This document shows, one piece after another, positions 52,283 through 64,000 of a stretch of 64,000 nucleotides of DNA; the stretch's first letter is position 1; each line of letters starts with the position of its first letter. Under the pieces are notes generated by a model. It was given only the letters and a program-made list of their open reading frames with translations. It was not told the origin of the DNA and made no database searches. The stretch is from Octopus vulgaris (lineage: Eukaryota), in assembly GCA_951406725.2 (NCBI GenBank), contig OX597814.1, forward strand, positions 119,350,001 through 119,414,000, given 5' to 3'. The translations under genes and the position numbers were made by a program.

Positions 52283-52758
52283 ATATTAATAGTCATCGCC
52301 ATACTAATATGTCAGTCTATAAATATAAGACTAAAGCTGTCGCTGATTAGCTCCAAGATGTCTGACTAGCAAGGTGAAGCGGCTGACCTCCCCTGTTCGA
52401 AGGTTATAATGGACGCAGGTTCGTGTGTCATATAGCTAGCTAGAGGCGATGGCCTCTTGGAGCTAATCAGCGACAGCTTTAGGCTTATATTTATAGACTG
52501 CCATATTAGTATGGCGATAACTATTAATATCCAGTAACGCTGCCGTAATCTCCTTTAGAGAGACTTAGTAAATTTAATATTTGTATTATTGAAAACAAGT
52601 GGATGTATTCCACTGTAACTAGGTAAATGAAATCTTCGAACAGACAGTCAGTAGCGACACCTGCTGGTTCTGACTACGCTGCATTGATAAAGGGCAACAA
52701 CCCTGAAACATGTCTGCAGATGTCTGACTAGCAAGGTGAAGCGGCTGACCTCCCCTGT
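52283..52758 (+). mobile_element. Retrozyme-like non-autonomous PLE (362-nt monomer) in (TA)n
   Basis: Identical 41-bp direct repeat 52356-52396 / 52718-52758; inverted 5' segment 52283-52358 vs 52455-52530; HHR at 52679-52719. Confidence 0.85.
52679..52719 (+). ncRNA. Minimal type I hammerhead ribozyme, U3-A8 core variant
   Basis: CTGCA-TTGATAA-AGGG(CAACAA)CCCT-GAA-ACATGT-C^TGCAG. Confidence 0.85.
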
Positions 52759-54419
52759 ATATATATATATATATATATATATATGTAATTATACATACGC
52801 TCTCTCACACACACATACTACACAAAACACACTCTCATATATTTATACAACGAGCTGACACAAAGTTTTCGTCGACTAAATTCAATTACAAGAAGCTGAT
52901 TTGCCTGGGGCTTTTGCAGATACTGTGTAAGGAGCGCATAGCACGACTGGGACCACTTAGTTGCAGTAAGCTCATAATCACATAGACATACCCGCTCATG
53001 CATGCATACATACATACATACATACGTACATACACAGACACATACATACATACACACACATACATACATACATACATACATACATACATACATACATACA
53101 TACATGCACACACACATACATACACACACATAAATACATACACATGCATACATACATATTCGGAACCGAATCAAACTGAAGTAATTAATGTAACTCCTAC
53201 TAAATGTGTTGTTTGTCCACAGGTATGTATGTATGTATGTATGTACGGACGGACGTACCTACGGATGTATGTACGTACGTACGTACATATGTATGCATGT
53301 ATGTATGTATGTAAGCATGCCTCTATGAAGACTGACCAGGACTGACTGGGAATGTATGTATGAAGACTGACCGGCAGAAATATATAAAAGAAACTGTATT
53401 TGTGAAGTATAGAAGTTTCTTATTCGTACCGAGGAGACAACGCCAGTTGGCAAAACAGAAATTTGTATTCAGTTATTGAATGTATTCTAGTTTACGACTG
53501 ATTCTTTCAGTAACGTCTTCAGAAAAGAAGAAAGCAATGCAAATCGTAGACATCTCCATCCATATATTGAACAAAAAAGAAAGTTTTTGGCATTTCTCGT
53601 GTCTCTCAGTCGATTTAACCGTAATTTATATGCAACATTTGTATTGTAGTGTAATACTAAGAGCAAAAAGAGACAGTACATTATGAGTTGCTGTTATTTC
53701 AGTCGATTTCAAAACAAGCCAATTAGGTTGGTTGAATCTAAGCCAAATTCCAAAAGAATAGTGGTTTACGATTATGCCAGAATTAACAACTAAAATGCTT
53801 ATTACCTGAGTATAGAATAACAGAATATTACGTATTTTCTGAAGCATTGCATGCAACAAAAGACTGGTATATTACTCCGTATATCAGCTTAACCAGATCT
53901 TAAGTTACATTAATAGTCTTTCTAAAAATCCAATGAGTATAGAAATTATGACAGACAGACAAATTCAACAAAAACCAATAGTAATAAATCCACACGAATA
54001 ATCCTTTAGCAAATCCAGACCTAATAAATCATTTACGTGCAATGTCATCTCGTTATAGACACCATTCGTTTTATTATAGCATGTAATTGAATCCCCATTT
54101 TATCAGTTTTGTGTGCCTTAAAAGAAAGTACATTCTTTTAAATTTAGGCAAGATTAGGTATGATACAATTAGAATTAAATCGAATACATTCAAATTTTTA
54201 GTCTAATGTATCAACCCCAGTACTACTTATTCTACGGGTCGCTTTTGCCGAACCGCTAAATTATGGGGATGTAAACACACCAGCATCGGTTGTCAAATTG
54301 TAAGAAGATGGGCAAATATATACACAAAGACACAGACTATTAATTGAATATTATTCACCGCAGTTTAACAGCATCAGTATGTGGTGTTACACTTGCAATA
54401 GTATCAATATATATATATA

Positions 54420-54596
54420 AAGTTAATCCAAACATGAAAACACAAAGAGAAAACACAACAACGCGAGGACGTGGAACAAGAATAGTATTATTGGACGCTC
54501 AGAAAGGAAGGGAAGAAGGAGGGTTTTACGTTTCGAGCGGAGCTCTTCGTCAGAAACATAGGAAAAGGAAAGATCCAGAGAAGGGAAGACGGAGGA
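54420..54596 (-). mobile_element. PLE-type 3' fragment with intact minimal HHR
   Basis: Short TA tracts on both sides; family shared with 12820-13030. Confidence 0.7.
54523..54557 (-). ncRNA. 35-nt minimal type I hammerhead ribozyme
   Basis: Minus strand GTTT-CTGACGA-A-GAGC(TCC)GCTC-GAA-ACGT-A^AAAC. Confidence 0.8.
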
Positions 54597-55551
54597 TATA
54601 TATATATATGTGCATACACACACACGAGTGTGAGTGTGTGTGCGTGCGTATTTCTCTATATAGATTTTGTCAGTAAAATATATCGAGCCGAGCTCCACAT
54701 GTCATCAGTAGACCACTTGGACTGTTTCGGCGCGATTTCTCTTCCCCAGCCGTAGATATATGTAGTAAGACAAGTTTCAACCTAGCTTTATGTAATTGAG
54801 GCAGCATCAATAATCGTCGGGATTAAATAACACCATGGCAATGGGTTTACATGTCTGCTGCTGTCGGTATTTGGATTTCGGTGCCACGTAATTTTACGCA
54901 AAATTTATTGAAAATTCTTTTTCTCTAGCAACGAATGCCGTTCAGAGTCTTGTGTGCAGGACATCTGTCTCGCATGTAGAGACGGAATATGCAACGCATC
55001 AAATCTGCTTCTCAGACATTAGGACTCATTTTACAAAGTACTTCAGTTCGCAGTACTTTTTAATTCATCCAGGTTGTGATTAAATCCAACTGCACCACAT
55101 GATTAGCGACCCTACTGTGTTTAGGAACAGGCGTCTGAAGAATCTTAAAAGAAAGAGTAACTATAGATTTTCCAATCCAATATACTTGCCTGATGCTAAT
55201 CTTAACACCACCAACTTGCCCCTGGAATTTACTTCGTCACGAACAATTCTGGCCTGAGAACGGCAACAATCCCAACACTCTCAAAGATTATTAGGAAATA
55301 ATTTATCAACAACACATTACGTTGATTGACACAAAGATGTTTTTCATTATATTTTTCTGCAAAATACTTCTGTCTCTGTTTAAATGTTCCTTGATTAGCT
55401 GAAAGAATATTTTACTTGACTCGTCACATTTACGTGGGAGAAATTAATAATTAAAATTGTCGCAACAAGTAAAGGTGCACCGCGTAATGACAGAATATTG
55501 AACAAAAACAATTAGAATTATTGGAATTGAAACTGAATTAACTTTGCAGAC

Positions 55552-55803
55552 TCTTTTATCATTTACGTGTTTCAATCATAAGACTGCGGCCATACTTGGG
55601 CACTGTCTTGAAGAATTTTTAGTCGAATGTATCGACCCAGGCACTTATTTTTTAAGCCTAATTATCTATTTTTGCCGAAACGCTAAATTACGGGGATGTA
55701 AACACACCATCACCAGTTGTCAAGCAGTGGTGGTGGGTCAAATATAGACACAAAGAAACACACACACACACTCACATACTTACACACACATATCAAGCTC
55801 GTC

Positions 55804-55834
<31 letters not shown>

Positions 55835-55969
55835 CGGTGGGCTACTTTCAGTTTCCTTCTACCAAATCTACTCACAAGGCTTTGGTCAGCCTGCGACCAA
55901 GGTACCATGCATTGAGTTTGAACCGAACCCTGTAGTGAGGAAGGAAGCTGCTTACCACTAGCCACGCCT
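55552..55969 (-). mobile_element. SINE family B copy
   Basis: Similar to 25806-26205. Confidence 0.75.
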
Positions 55970-56759
55970 ACACCCTAATTCTTGACATCCTGAATAACTT
56001 AATTTTCCCCGAAGAATACACACAAACACATGCACTCGCACACATCCACACACATATTTTTCTTTCTCTAAATACATATCGTATTTCCTCTGAGCCTGCC
56101 GCTTTTGTTGTAAAACTCCTGATATATTGCACCAATTTGATATCTTTCGAGGATATCATTCAGCTGATTCCGCCTTCCATTAAGCCTATTCTATCTGCCA
56201 TACTACAAACCTCACGTCAGATAACCACTCTCCTCCAAAACAAATTACCTTTCTTTCTTCCGTCCATTTCATCCAGCCAGCCATCATATCGTACATACAT
56301 ACATGCATACATAAAAGGCTTCGAACGACCCGTCCGTGTTTTTTTTTGTATCGTCTATCTGGATGTTTTGTTGTCTCTTTTTGTATCACCTTGTTGTCCG
56401 GATGTTTTGCGATCTTCTCCCATTTTGTATTTTATTTTATATATACATACATACATACATACATACATACATACATACATACATACATACATACATACAT
56501 ACATACATACATACATACATACATGCATACATAGCCTTTGCTACTCAATCACTTTAATTGATACTTTTTCACAGCTTTTGTTTTCTTTTATCTGAGCCTC
56601 CCCTGCAATCCTGTCCTTTCCCAATCTCTACTCTCAGCACCATCTTTCAAATACCTGTTTTATTGTCTTTTATTAGTTATCACGCCTTCAGTTTCAACCA
56701 ACTCTGCGTTTTGTGTGTATTCGACCTCGATGCCTTATTTGTCCCTCCTGCTCGTACAT

Positions 56760-57035
56760 TACCGCACTGATAGCTTTAATGCGACCAACTCATTTAAATC
56801 TACCTCGCATGTTCTCACATACTGCATAGCATGCAAACAGCATGGTGAAATGCAGCGAGGGAAATCGAGTTATCGTTTGAGATTGAAGAATTGCGAGTAC
56901 TTCCAAAATATTTGTAAAAATATTAAGGCATTTCTGAAAGAGCCTGCAAGGGTCTTTGATTCGAAGTAAAGACACAAAGTCAGAAAGCATTATATTTAAT
57001 TTTGGTACCTCTACCCTACATAGCTTTGATGCACA
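56760..57035 (+). pseudogene. Decayed PLE GIY-YIG remnant
   Basis: SFKSTSHVLTYCIACKQHGEMQRGKSSYRLRLKNCEYFQNI..IIFNFGTSTLHSF aligns by eye to the PLE pattern F.CTS..VIYCI.C....YIG.T.R.L..RF.EH...LIF.LGT..P.GLN. Confidence 0.55.
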
Positions 57036-57685
57036 CATTAACTGCCTCTAGTTCTGTCCTCACACAATTTCCTTGTCACTGCTTATCCTTTACACACAAA
57101 CACACATTGTGTCTTCAGTAGTATCACGTTCGTGTATGTGTATATGTGTGAAGGTCCCTTCTATTCTAGCTGTGAATTCTACTTAACATTTTCAGATGGC
57201 TAATGACATAGTTGAGATACAAGTAGAATTAATATTTCTAGCTTTTTCTCACGTGCGGTCACTTGTCTAACTCTGTATTTTATTTGTTTGTCTCCTTTTC
57301 GCCTCAGAATCTTGTGTTATTTGAGCGATTTTCTCTCTCTCCCTCTCACACACATGCAAAGAATTTATTCCTATAAGAGTGATTAAGACTTCGACGGTAA
57401 GGCCTGCTAGCCTTCATCGTACAATCCGGTGAACACTAGCTGGGCAAAACATTAAAGTTACTATTACCAGTTTTCATGTCAATGCTTAATGAATATATGC
57501 TTCACTAAAAGGTATTGGGAAATTTTTCCGTTTAATGTTAAATTGTTTACATATATAACTCGAATTAAAAACAAACATACACACACATATATATAGATAT
57601 ATATTTATATAAGGACATAATTAAAATTATGTATGTGTGTGTATATATATATATATATGTACACACACACACACAAAAGAATAGG

Positions 57686-58073
57686 GGCAGGCATGGCTAA
57701 GTGATAAGGTGATTGCTTCTTAACTACATGGTTCCGAGTTCAGTTCCATTGCATGGCACCTTGTGTGTCCTCTCCTATATACTAGGGCCGACCAAAGGCT
57801 TATAAGTGGATTCGATAATCGAAAACTGAGAGAAGCCCGTCGTGTATACATATATATATATATATTTAGGTGTTTGTATCTTTTCGTTTCTTTTTGTCCT
57901 ATTACCACCGCTTGAATACCGATGTTGGTGGGTTTGCGTCCCCGTAACGTAGTGGTTCGGCAAAGAACCGATTGAATAAGTACCAGGCTTAAAATATATG
58001 TTCTGGGGCCGATTCTTTCGACTAAAAATTCAAAACCGCAATCTAATGACTGAAACAAGTAAAAAAATAAAAG
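57686..58073 (+). mobile_element. SINE family B copy
   Basis: GGCAGGCATGGCT head and GAGTTCAGTTCC B-box. Confidence 0.8.
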
Positions 58074-58079
58074 ACAGAA

Positions 58080-58158
<79 letters not shown>

Positions 58159-58556
58159 ATGTTTGTATATATGTATATTTGCATATGCAGATTGATGCGT
58201 AGAATCATGTTAAAGATGGTGTCCACAAGATGTCTGCAAGATGCCTATATCAAAATTATAATCTATATAGCAAACCGCGTGTGTTGTTCAGCCTTTTTTT
58301 ATTCTCCTTTCGTCATACATCTTTCACACCTAACATGTGTGAAGCAGCTCATAAACAATCAAAGCTGACACCTATGAGAATCTATCTTAACAACACCTCT
58401 TTGCTTTAAATTTTCGGAAACTTACGGCAGCCAAGACAGTCATTTGCTATATTCCATTAACCATAACATGTACAAACATACACAGAAACACACCTACACA
58501 TACACACACACACACTAAATTTCGTACGTAGGTATGTAAATACATAAACATACAAG

Positions 58557-58605
<49 letters not shown>

Positions 58606-59896
58606 GTATGTACATACATACGTACATGCTTGCATAAGTACCTAGATACATACAGATTTGTGTGTGTGCGGTAGTGTTTGTACCGTCACGTATCTGTAAT
58701 TTTGCTACGGCATATGAATGAGAGGACTAAGTTTTGTTCGTGAAAATAAGATGGGAAGTTACAGCTACATATGCAGTAGTGAATAAAACGGCATAGAAGA
58801 GAGTTTTATGGACAATGCAAGTGGCAATATCTCGGCAATTACAAACAGCTTCAAACAGACAAGATGTATTGAATAGAAAAACAGAAGTTCTCACCAAACA
58901 CAATCTTTTATTTGAACATCCCATGAGAATGACTCCTAAATCTCAAATGACAGCACTTGAAATCCTTTATATCGCTTCTGCCTACTACAATAAAATGCCT
59001 GTGTGTGTATTTAATTGCCTGTCCGTGTGCTTGTGTGCAGATACATACAGAGTTAAATGTGTGGAGATAAATACAGAACTGTATGTGTGTGTATATATTT
59101 AGTGGCTGAACGCAAGCAAATATTTGTCAGACGGAATGTGCGATTACAACAAATAATAAAGTTGGGAGAATTATTATTTAGCTAAACGAGTGAGTGTCTC
59201 TTATCCAACATAAATTATTATCAAGTGTTTCATTTAGTCTTCCTAGCGTACTGTCATGTTATTTTACTTGTAGGTATATGTGTTTTATCATACCATACAC
59301 GCATATACATTTTTTCACATCCACTTCATCTCAATATTTGAGATACAGACTCACACAAAATCATTCCCGTGGACAGTACGCACATATAGGTAGCTAGCAC
59401 AAATATTTAAATGTACAGATACACACGCTGAAATTCATAAAACCTATTATCTCTCAAATCTTATACATTGTATTCTTTATTGGTGGTGTCTCAGCGGATG
59501 GTTGGTGATGGATTACTCTATAGATGTATGGTTTTGATTATGCAAAGTGATGTTATCTAGGCAAATATAACTTATATTAGGATTTTAGCCATTAAAAATT
59601 TTACAGTATTTTAACCGGAAAAGATTGCGCTATAAATTATAGATATTTCCTAGAAATGTTTGGAACGACGTCTACATTATGACATGGACATATCAGATTA
59701 TATACCTACATCAGATTTTCAGGAATAGTGGGGGCTGCTTTTCATATTGTTTCTCCCATAAAGTCATTCCAGTCTAGAGGCTCATTATATGGAAATATGC
59801 ACTGTCGAAATTTTATCTATCAAGAATAAAAAGGACAGTCATACTCTTGCTTATGTCTGCTGTAAGATCCTTACTTATATTTGAGAATGACTAGTA

Positions 59897-60280
59897 TCTC
59901 TCTATATATAAACGGCAGTTTGTCTGTGCGTGTTTCTGTGTGTCTGTTTGCTTGTACCCTCACCCTGACCACGGCTTTCAACCGATTCTGATGAAACTTG
60001 ACACACACATAGCCCAATGTCATAATTCAAAACTAACGCAGCGAAAATTTTGAAAAGTTCCCCCAGTTTTGAAAAAATCGATAAATTCGACATGGGGTCG
60101 ACAATCAGAAACACGAATCACAAACTGTCTAGAGGACGCAACTCCACCTTTTTTAAATCTCAAAAAAAAATTTACCATCATTTTTTCCCATTTTTTTCCT
60201 ATTTTTTGGCTATAACTCTCTAAAAATGCTTTATAGTTATTTCCCTTACAAACCTGAGCAACGCCGGGCGATACTGCTAG
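59897..60280 (+). mobile_element. Non-autonomous Helitron
   Basis: A|TC...hairpin...CTAG|T; near-identical to 42111-42493. Confidence 0.88.
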
Positions 60281-60331
60281 TTTTAAATAAAATATAGTAG
60301 TCTTTCCCTTGCTTCAGTAGAGGAATAGTGA

Positions 60332-60378
<47 letters not shown>

Positions 60379-60962
60379 CATACATATGGGGGGGGGGGGG
60401 GCATGTATACATACACACACATGTGCACCAGTGACGGTGAGGAGATTTAATAATGGGCACTTTTAACATAAAATAACAACATTGCTACATAGATAGCGTT
60501 GTACTTAGTTTTTTTTTTTTGGCATAGATAGTTGAGAAAAAACTAAGTCTTTTCGTTCATATAAGCAAGACAATGAAATTCTTATTCTACATATTAATAC
60601 TGTGCGTGGAACTGCGTAAAAAACTTGAAAGAGGAAAGAAATGAACGTTTTAAAATTTGAGTTTGGGTAAAATAGTGCTAGATGTGAGTCCGGATAGAGG
60701 TCCATTGTTTATGATTTTAAGCAAACGTTTTTAGAGACAGATCTGATTTAACAACATGGAAGTCGAATTTACCAAGCGAAATATTTGAATATTTGCGGAA
60801 TGCCATCGTATGAACAAGCATACTCGCGTACATTGATACACGCGCATAAACATATCTATATATAGGTTAATGATCCCCATGGGATCACTATGTGTGCCAT
60901 CCTGCAGCCTTATTTCTGCCTGTATTCAGATTGGCTGATAAAAAGTGTAATTCCTAGCAACG

Positions 60963-60992
<30 letters not shown>

Positions 60993-60997
<5 letters not shown>

Positions 60998-61266
60998 ATA
61001 CAATATGTTACATTACTCGGTAGTCAAGATAAAACTCTGAGTTTCAGATGCCGAAGTGGAAATCCACAACACCATCTCTTCGGTTATCTGGCTATTTTCT
61101 AGCCAGATAACCGAAGAGATGGTGTTGTGGATTTCCACTTCGGCATCTGAAACTCAGAGTTTTATCTTGACTACCGAGTAATGTAACATATTGTATAGAT
61201 AAATTTCCTCTATTTACATAATATTGAGGTCTCTTTCTTTCTTTTGTTATCTTACCGTTTTATCAA
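60993..61266 (+). mobile_element. PLE-type end with 102-bp perfect hairpin and U4C hammerhead-like motif
   Basis: Arms 60993-61094 / 61100-61201; AGATAA-CCGAAGA-GATG..CATCT-GAAACT(CAG)AGTT^TTATCT at 61105-61167. Confidence 0.75.
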
Positions 61267-61297
61267 TATATATATATATATATATATTCCCTAATAT

Positions 61298-61336
<39 letters not shown>

Positions 61337-61342
<6 letters not shown>

Positions 61343-61971
61343 ATAGGGTTCAGCAAAGATTTGCCTTACCGCATACCGAAGTTTAGAAATAGCAGCCAGA
61401 GAACCTTAGCTATTTCCTCTACTTTAAAAAGAGATTCCTGGACAAAAGCAAAGTACTCGAAAACAATCCACGCAGGCAGAGAGGAAAAATGACGAAAATC
61501 AATCGATATTTGATTACCTATGTACGCGTTTCGGAATTAGATCGGTATAAAGAATGTAGAATTTATACTTTACCCGGAACACTTTCCTCATCAGCATGGG
61601 ACTTCACAATATTAAATCCGGAGGCACTGGATGAATTGAATATACCTCTCTAAATAACAGTATCAGACAGATCATATTCAATGTCCAGTACCGCCGAATT
61701 TAAAATATACGAATGAGGTTCATTACCCTCCCCTGCCTATCCACGTGTGTCGTCAAGTATAAAAATACTACAGAAAAATCTGTAGTTTATTATCCGGGAG
61801 AAAATTATATTATCAATAATAACAAAGGGTAAAATTAATTAATTAACTAGTAATCAATAATTTCACCAAGTATAATCCGGCATGAAAAGGGACCTTTTCT
61901 CGGTAAACTTAAGTAATATTTTATAATTAGGGTTCAGTAAAGATTTTTTTTACCACATACCGAAGTTTTAG

Positions 61972-61976
<5 letters not shown>
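61337..61976 (-). mobile_element. Retrozyme-like element (~584-nt monomer) in (TA)n
   Basis: Direct repeat 61337-61391 / 61921-61976; HHR on the minus strand. Confidence 0.8.
61517..61600 (-). ncRNA. Type I hammerhead ribozyme, canonical core, long stem II
   Basis: Minus strand CCCATG-CTGATGA-GGAA...TTCC-GAA-ACGCGT-A^CATAGG. Confidence 0.82.
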
Positions 61977-62014
<38 letters not shown>

Positions 62015-62273
62015 GTGTGTGTGTGTGTGTGTGTGTAAAGAGGTATAAATACAAAACTGGATCGACAGCTATCAAATAATCACACCTAGAAGTTCGCATC
62101 GCACATCTTAACTCAACTAAAATTAGAGCATTCCACGAGAATAGTTTTCATAAGTAATTCAAAATATAAGAAATCATTGGCTGCTACAACGTATAATTAA
62201 AAAAAAAAAGAGTGGAATTAAAGAAACATGCGAAGATATAACAAGTAGATACGCATACATATTAGTTCAACTT

Positions 62274-62348
<75 letters not shown>

Positions 62349-62616
62349 GTTATGTTTCTAGCAATTACACATTTTATCACACAATCTGAATACAGACAGA
62401 AATATGGCTGCAGGATGGCACACATAGCGATCTCATGGGGCTCAACGCAAAAACGAACAGAGGGGCAAGTCGAGAACGAACTAGATGCAATCTGCCGACA
62501 CCATAGTGTGTCTTCCTGAGGATATGAACATCTCACTGAGGTGGCGAAGCGAGAAATAAATTAAAATATAAATCCAGTAGCTTCTGGACAATAATAGATA
62601 CACACATATATAAGTA

Positions 62617-62691
<75 letters not shown>

Positions 62692-63343
62692 CGCTTCGCC
62701 ACCTTAGAGAGATGTTCATATATATATACGTATTTAGAATGAAAAATAAACAGATAACAGGGTAAGGATATTAGTAGGAGGGGTAAGGAAAGTAAAGGCG
62801 GAGGATTAAATATTGTAACTGTTGCCCGAGATACGCCAGCACATTATATACACATATTTACACTTATGTGAGTACGAACGCACATAAATATGCTTGTATA
62901 AATATTCATATATATAAATATGTAGTAACTCTCTTAGTGCATAGATACGTATGGGTGTGTGTGTGTGTAAACAGTATGAGTGACTAATTCGCAATTTTGC
63001 AACATAAAGTCAGAAGAATATGCGTCACTAAAGGGAACAAGAGCATTAACCAGCACCAGTATTGCTAGAAATAAGAACCAAAACAACTCAATAACAACAA
63101 AAGTACTATCTTAATGAGCTGGCAAGCTATTGAGTTGTTTTGGCTCTTATTTCAGGTAATACTAGTGCTGGTTAATACTCTTGTTATAATTTTGCATTAT
63201 AATAATTTTATATAGAATATATTGTGTTAAAAGAATCGCTAGTTTATCTGTCAACTACTAACTTGGGTGGTGATCAGTATTTTTTTATCTGAAGCTTCTC
63301 GTTGTTTATGTATTTGTGTACTAGGTGCTGCGTTTATCTTTTG

Positions 63344-63665
63344 TCTTTTACTCGCTTCCGTCATTAGGCTGCGGCCATGCTGGTGCACCACCTTGAAGAA
63401 TATTTAGTCGACAGTAGTAATTTTCTATCGATCACTTTTGCTACACAGACAAGAGGAACGTAAAGATACCAAAACTGGTTGGGACACAAACACACACACA
63501 TATGCCACGGGCTTTTTTCAGTTTCCGTGTACCAAATCCACTCACACGGTCTTTGACGACCCTGGTTTATAGTAGAAGACACTTGCCCAAGGTGACACGC
63601 AGTGGAACTGAACCCGAAACCATGTTGTTAAGAAGCATGCTTCTCACCACACAGTTATACTTGCA
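63344..63665 (-). mobile_element. SINE family B copy, diverged
   Basis: AGTAGAAGACACTTGCCCAAGGTG..GCAGTGGAACTGAACCC block. Confidence 0.75.
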
Positions 63666-64000
63666 CACATTGTTATAATCCACCAAAGATTTACGTAGAC
63701 GTGAGAGGAAATATTTATTTTCTAGCAACCTATTTTTGACACATGTTTCTTCATTGGATTATTTTGCAAATTCGACTTTCGTCATTGCCTGCGACCAAAA
63801 TATAAGCCAGCTCCAGTTTGTTTTGCCTACAGTTAAAATGATAGTATACAGCACCAGTTAAATATATCGAAATTTGAAATCTATCTTGTGATGTATTTTT
63901 ATGAAAGAACTAAATATGTTTTAGGAAGTACTTAAAAGAAGTAATGCATATCGTCTTGAAACATGAAGCAATAGGCTCAATTACAAATTTTGTTTGACAA

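Noticed and set aside
54700-55320. Possible hAT transposase trace (RCPAH-like on the minus strand)
   Set aside because: A single short motif in heavily disrupted sequence; insufficient without a profile search.

Overview
Eukaryotic, AT-rich, non-coding (intronic or intergenic) DNA with no recognisable host exon. The SINE repertoire and microsatellite load point to a cephalopod, probably Octopus (inference). Almost all ORFs in the supplied track are artefacts of (TA)n/(CA)n/(TACA)n microsatellites. The one credible ORF (49569-50690) is the C-terminal linker plus GIY-YIG endonuclease of a 5'-truncated Penelope-like retroelement (PLE) whose 3' end is duplicated in inverted orientation. The window also holds three tRNA-derived SINE families, two non-autonomous Helitrons, mariner and pogo MITEs, and RTE and R4/Dong LINE remnants. 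The main signal is a dense set of short non-coding insertions from roughly ten distinct families, mostly in (TA)n tracts. Each carries a type I hammerhead ribozyme (HHR) motif and PLE/retrozyme architecture (terminal direct repeat and/or inverted 5' segment forming a long hairpin). Their catalytic cores co-vary at the tertiary 3-8 pair (C3-G8, U3-A8, G3-C8), with U4C and possibly A13C variants. All folding and alignment was done by eye; no ribozyme activity is demonstrated.
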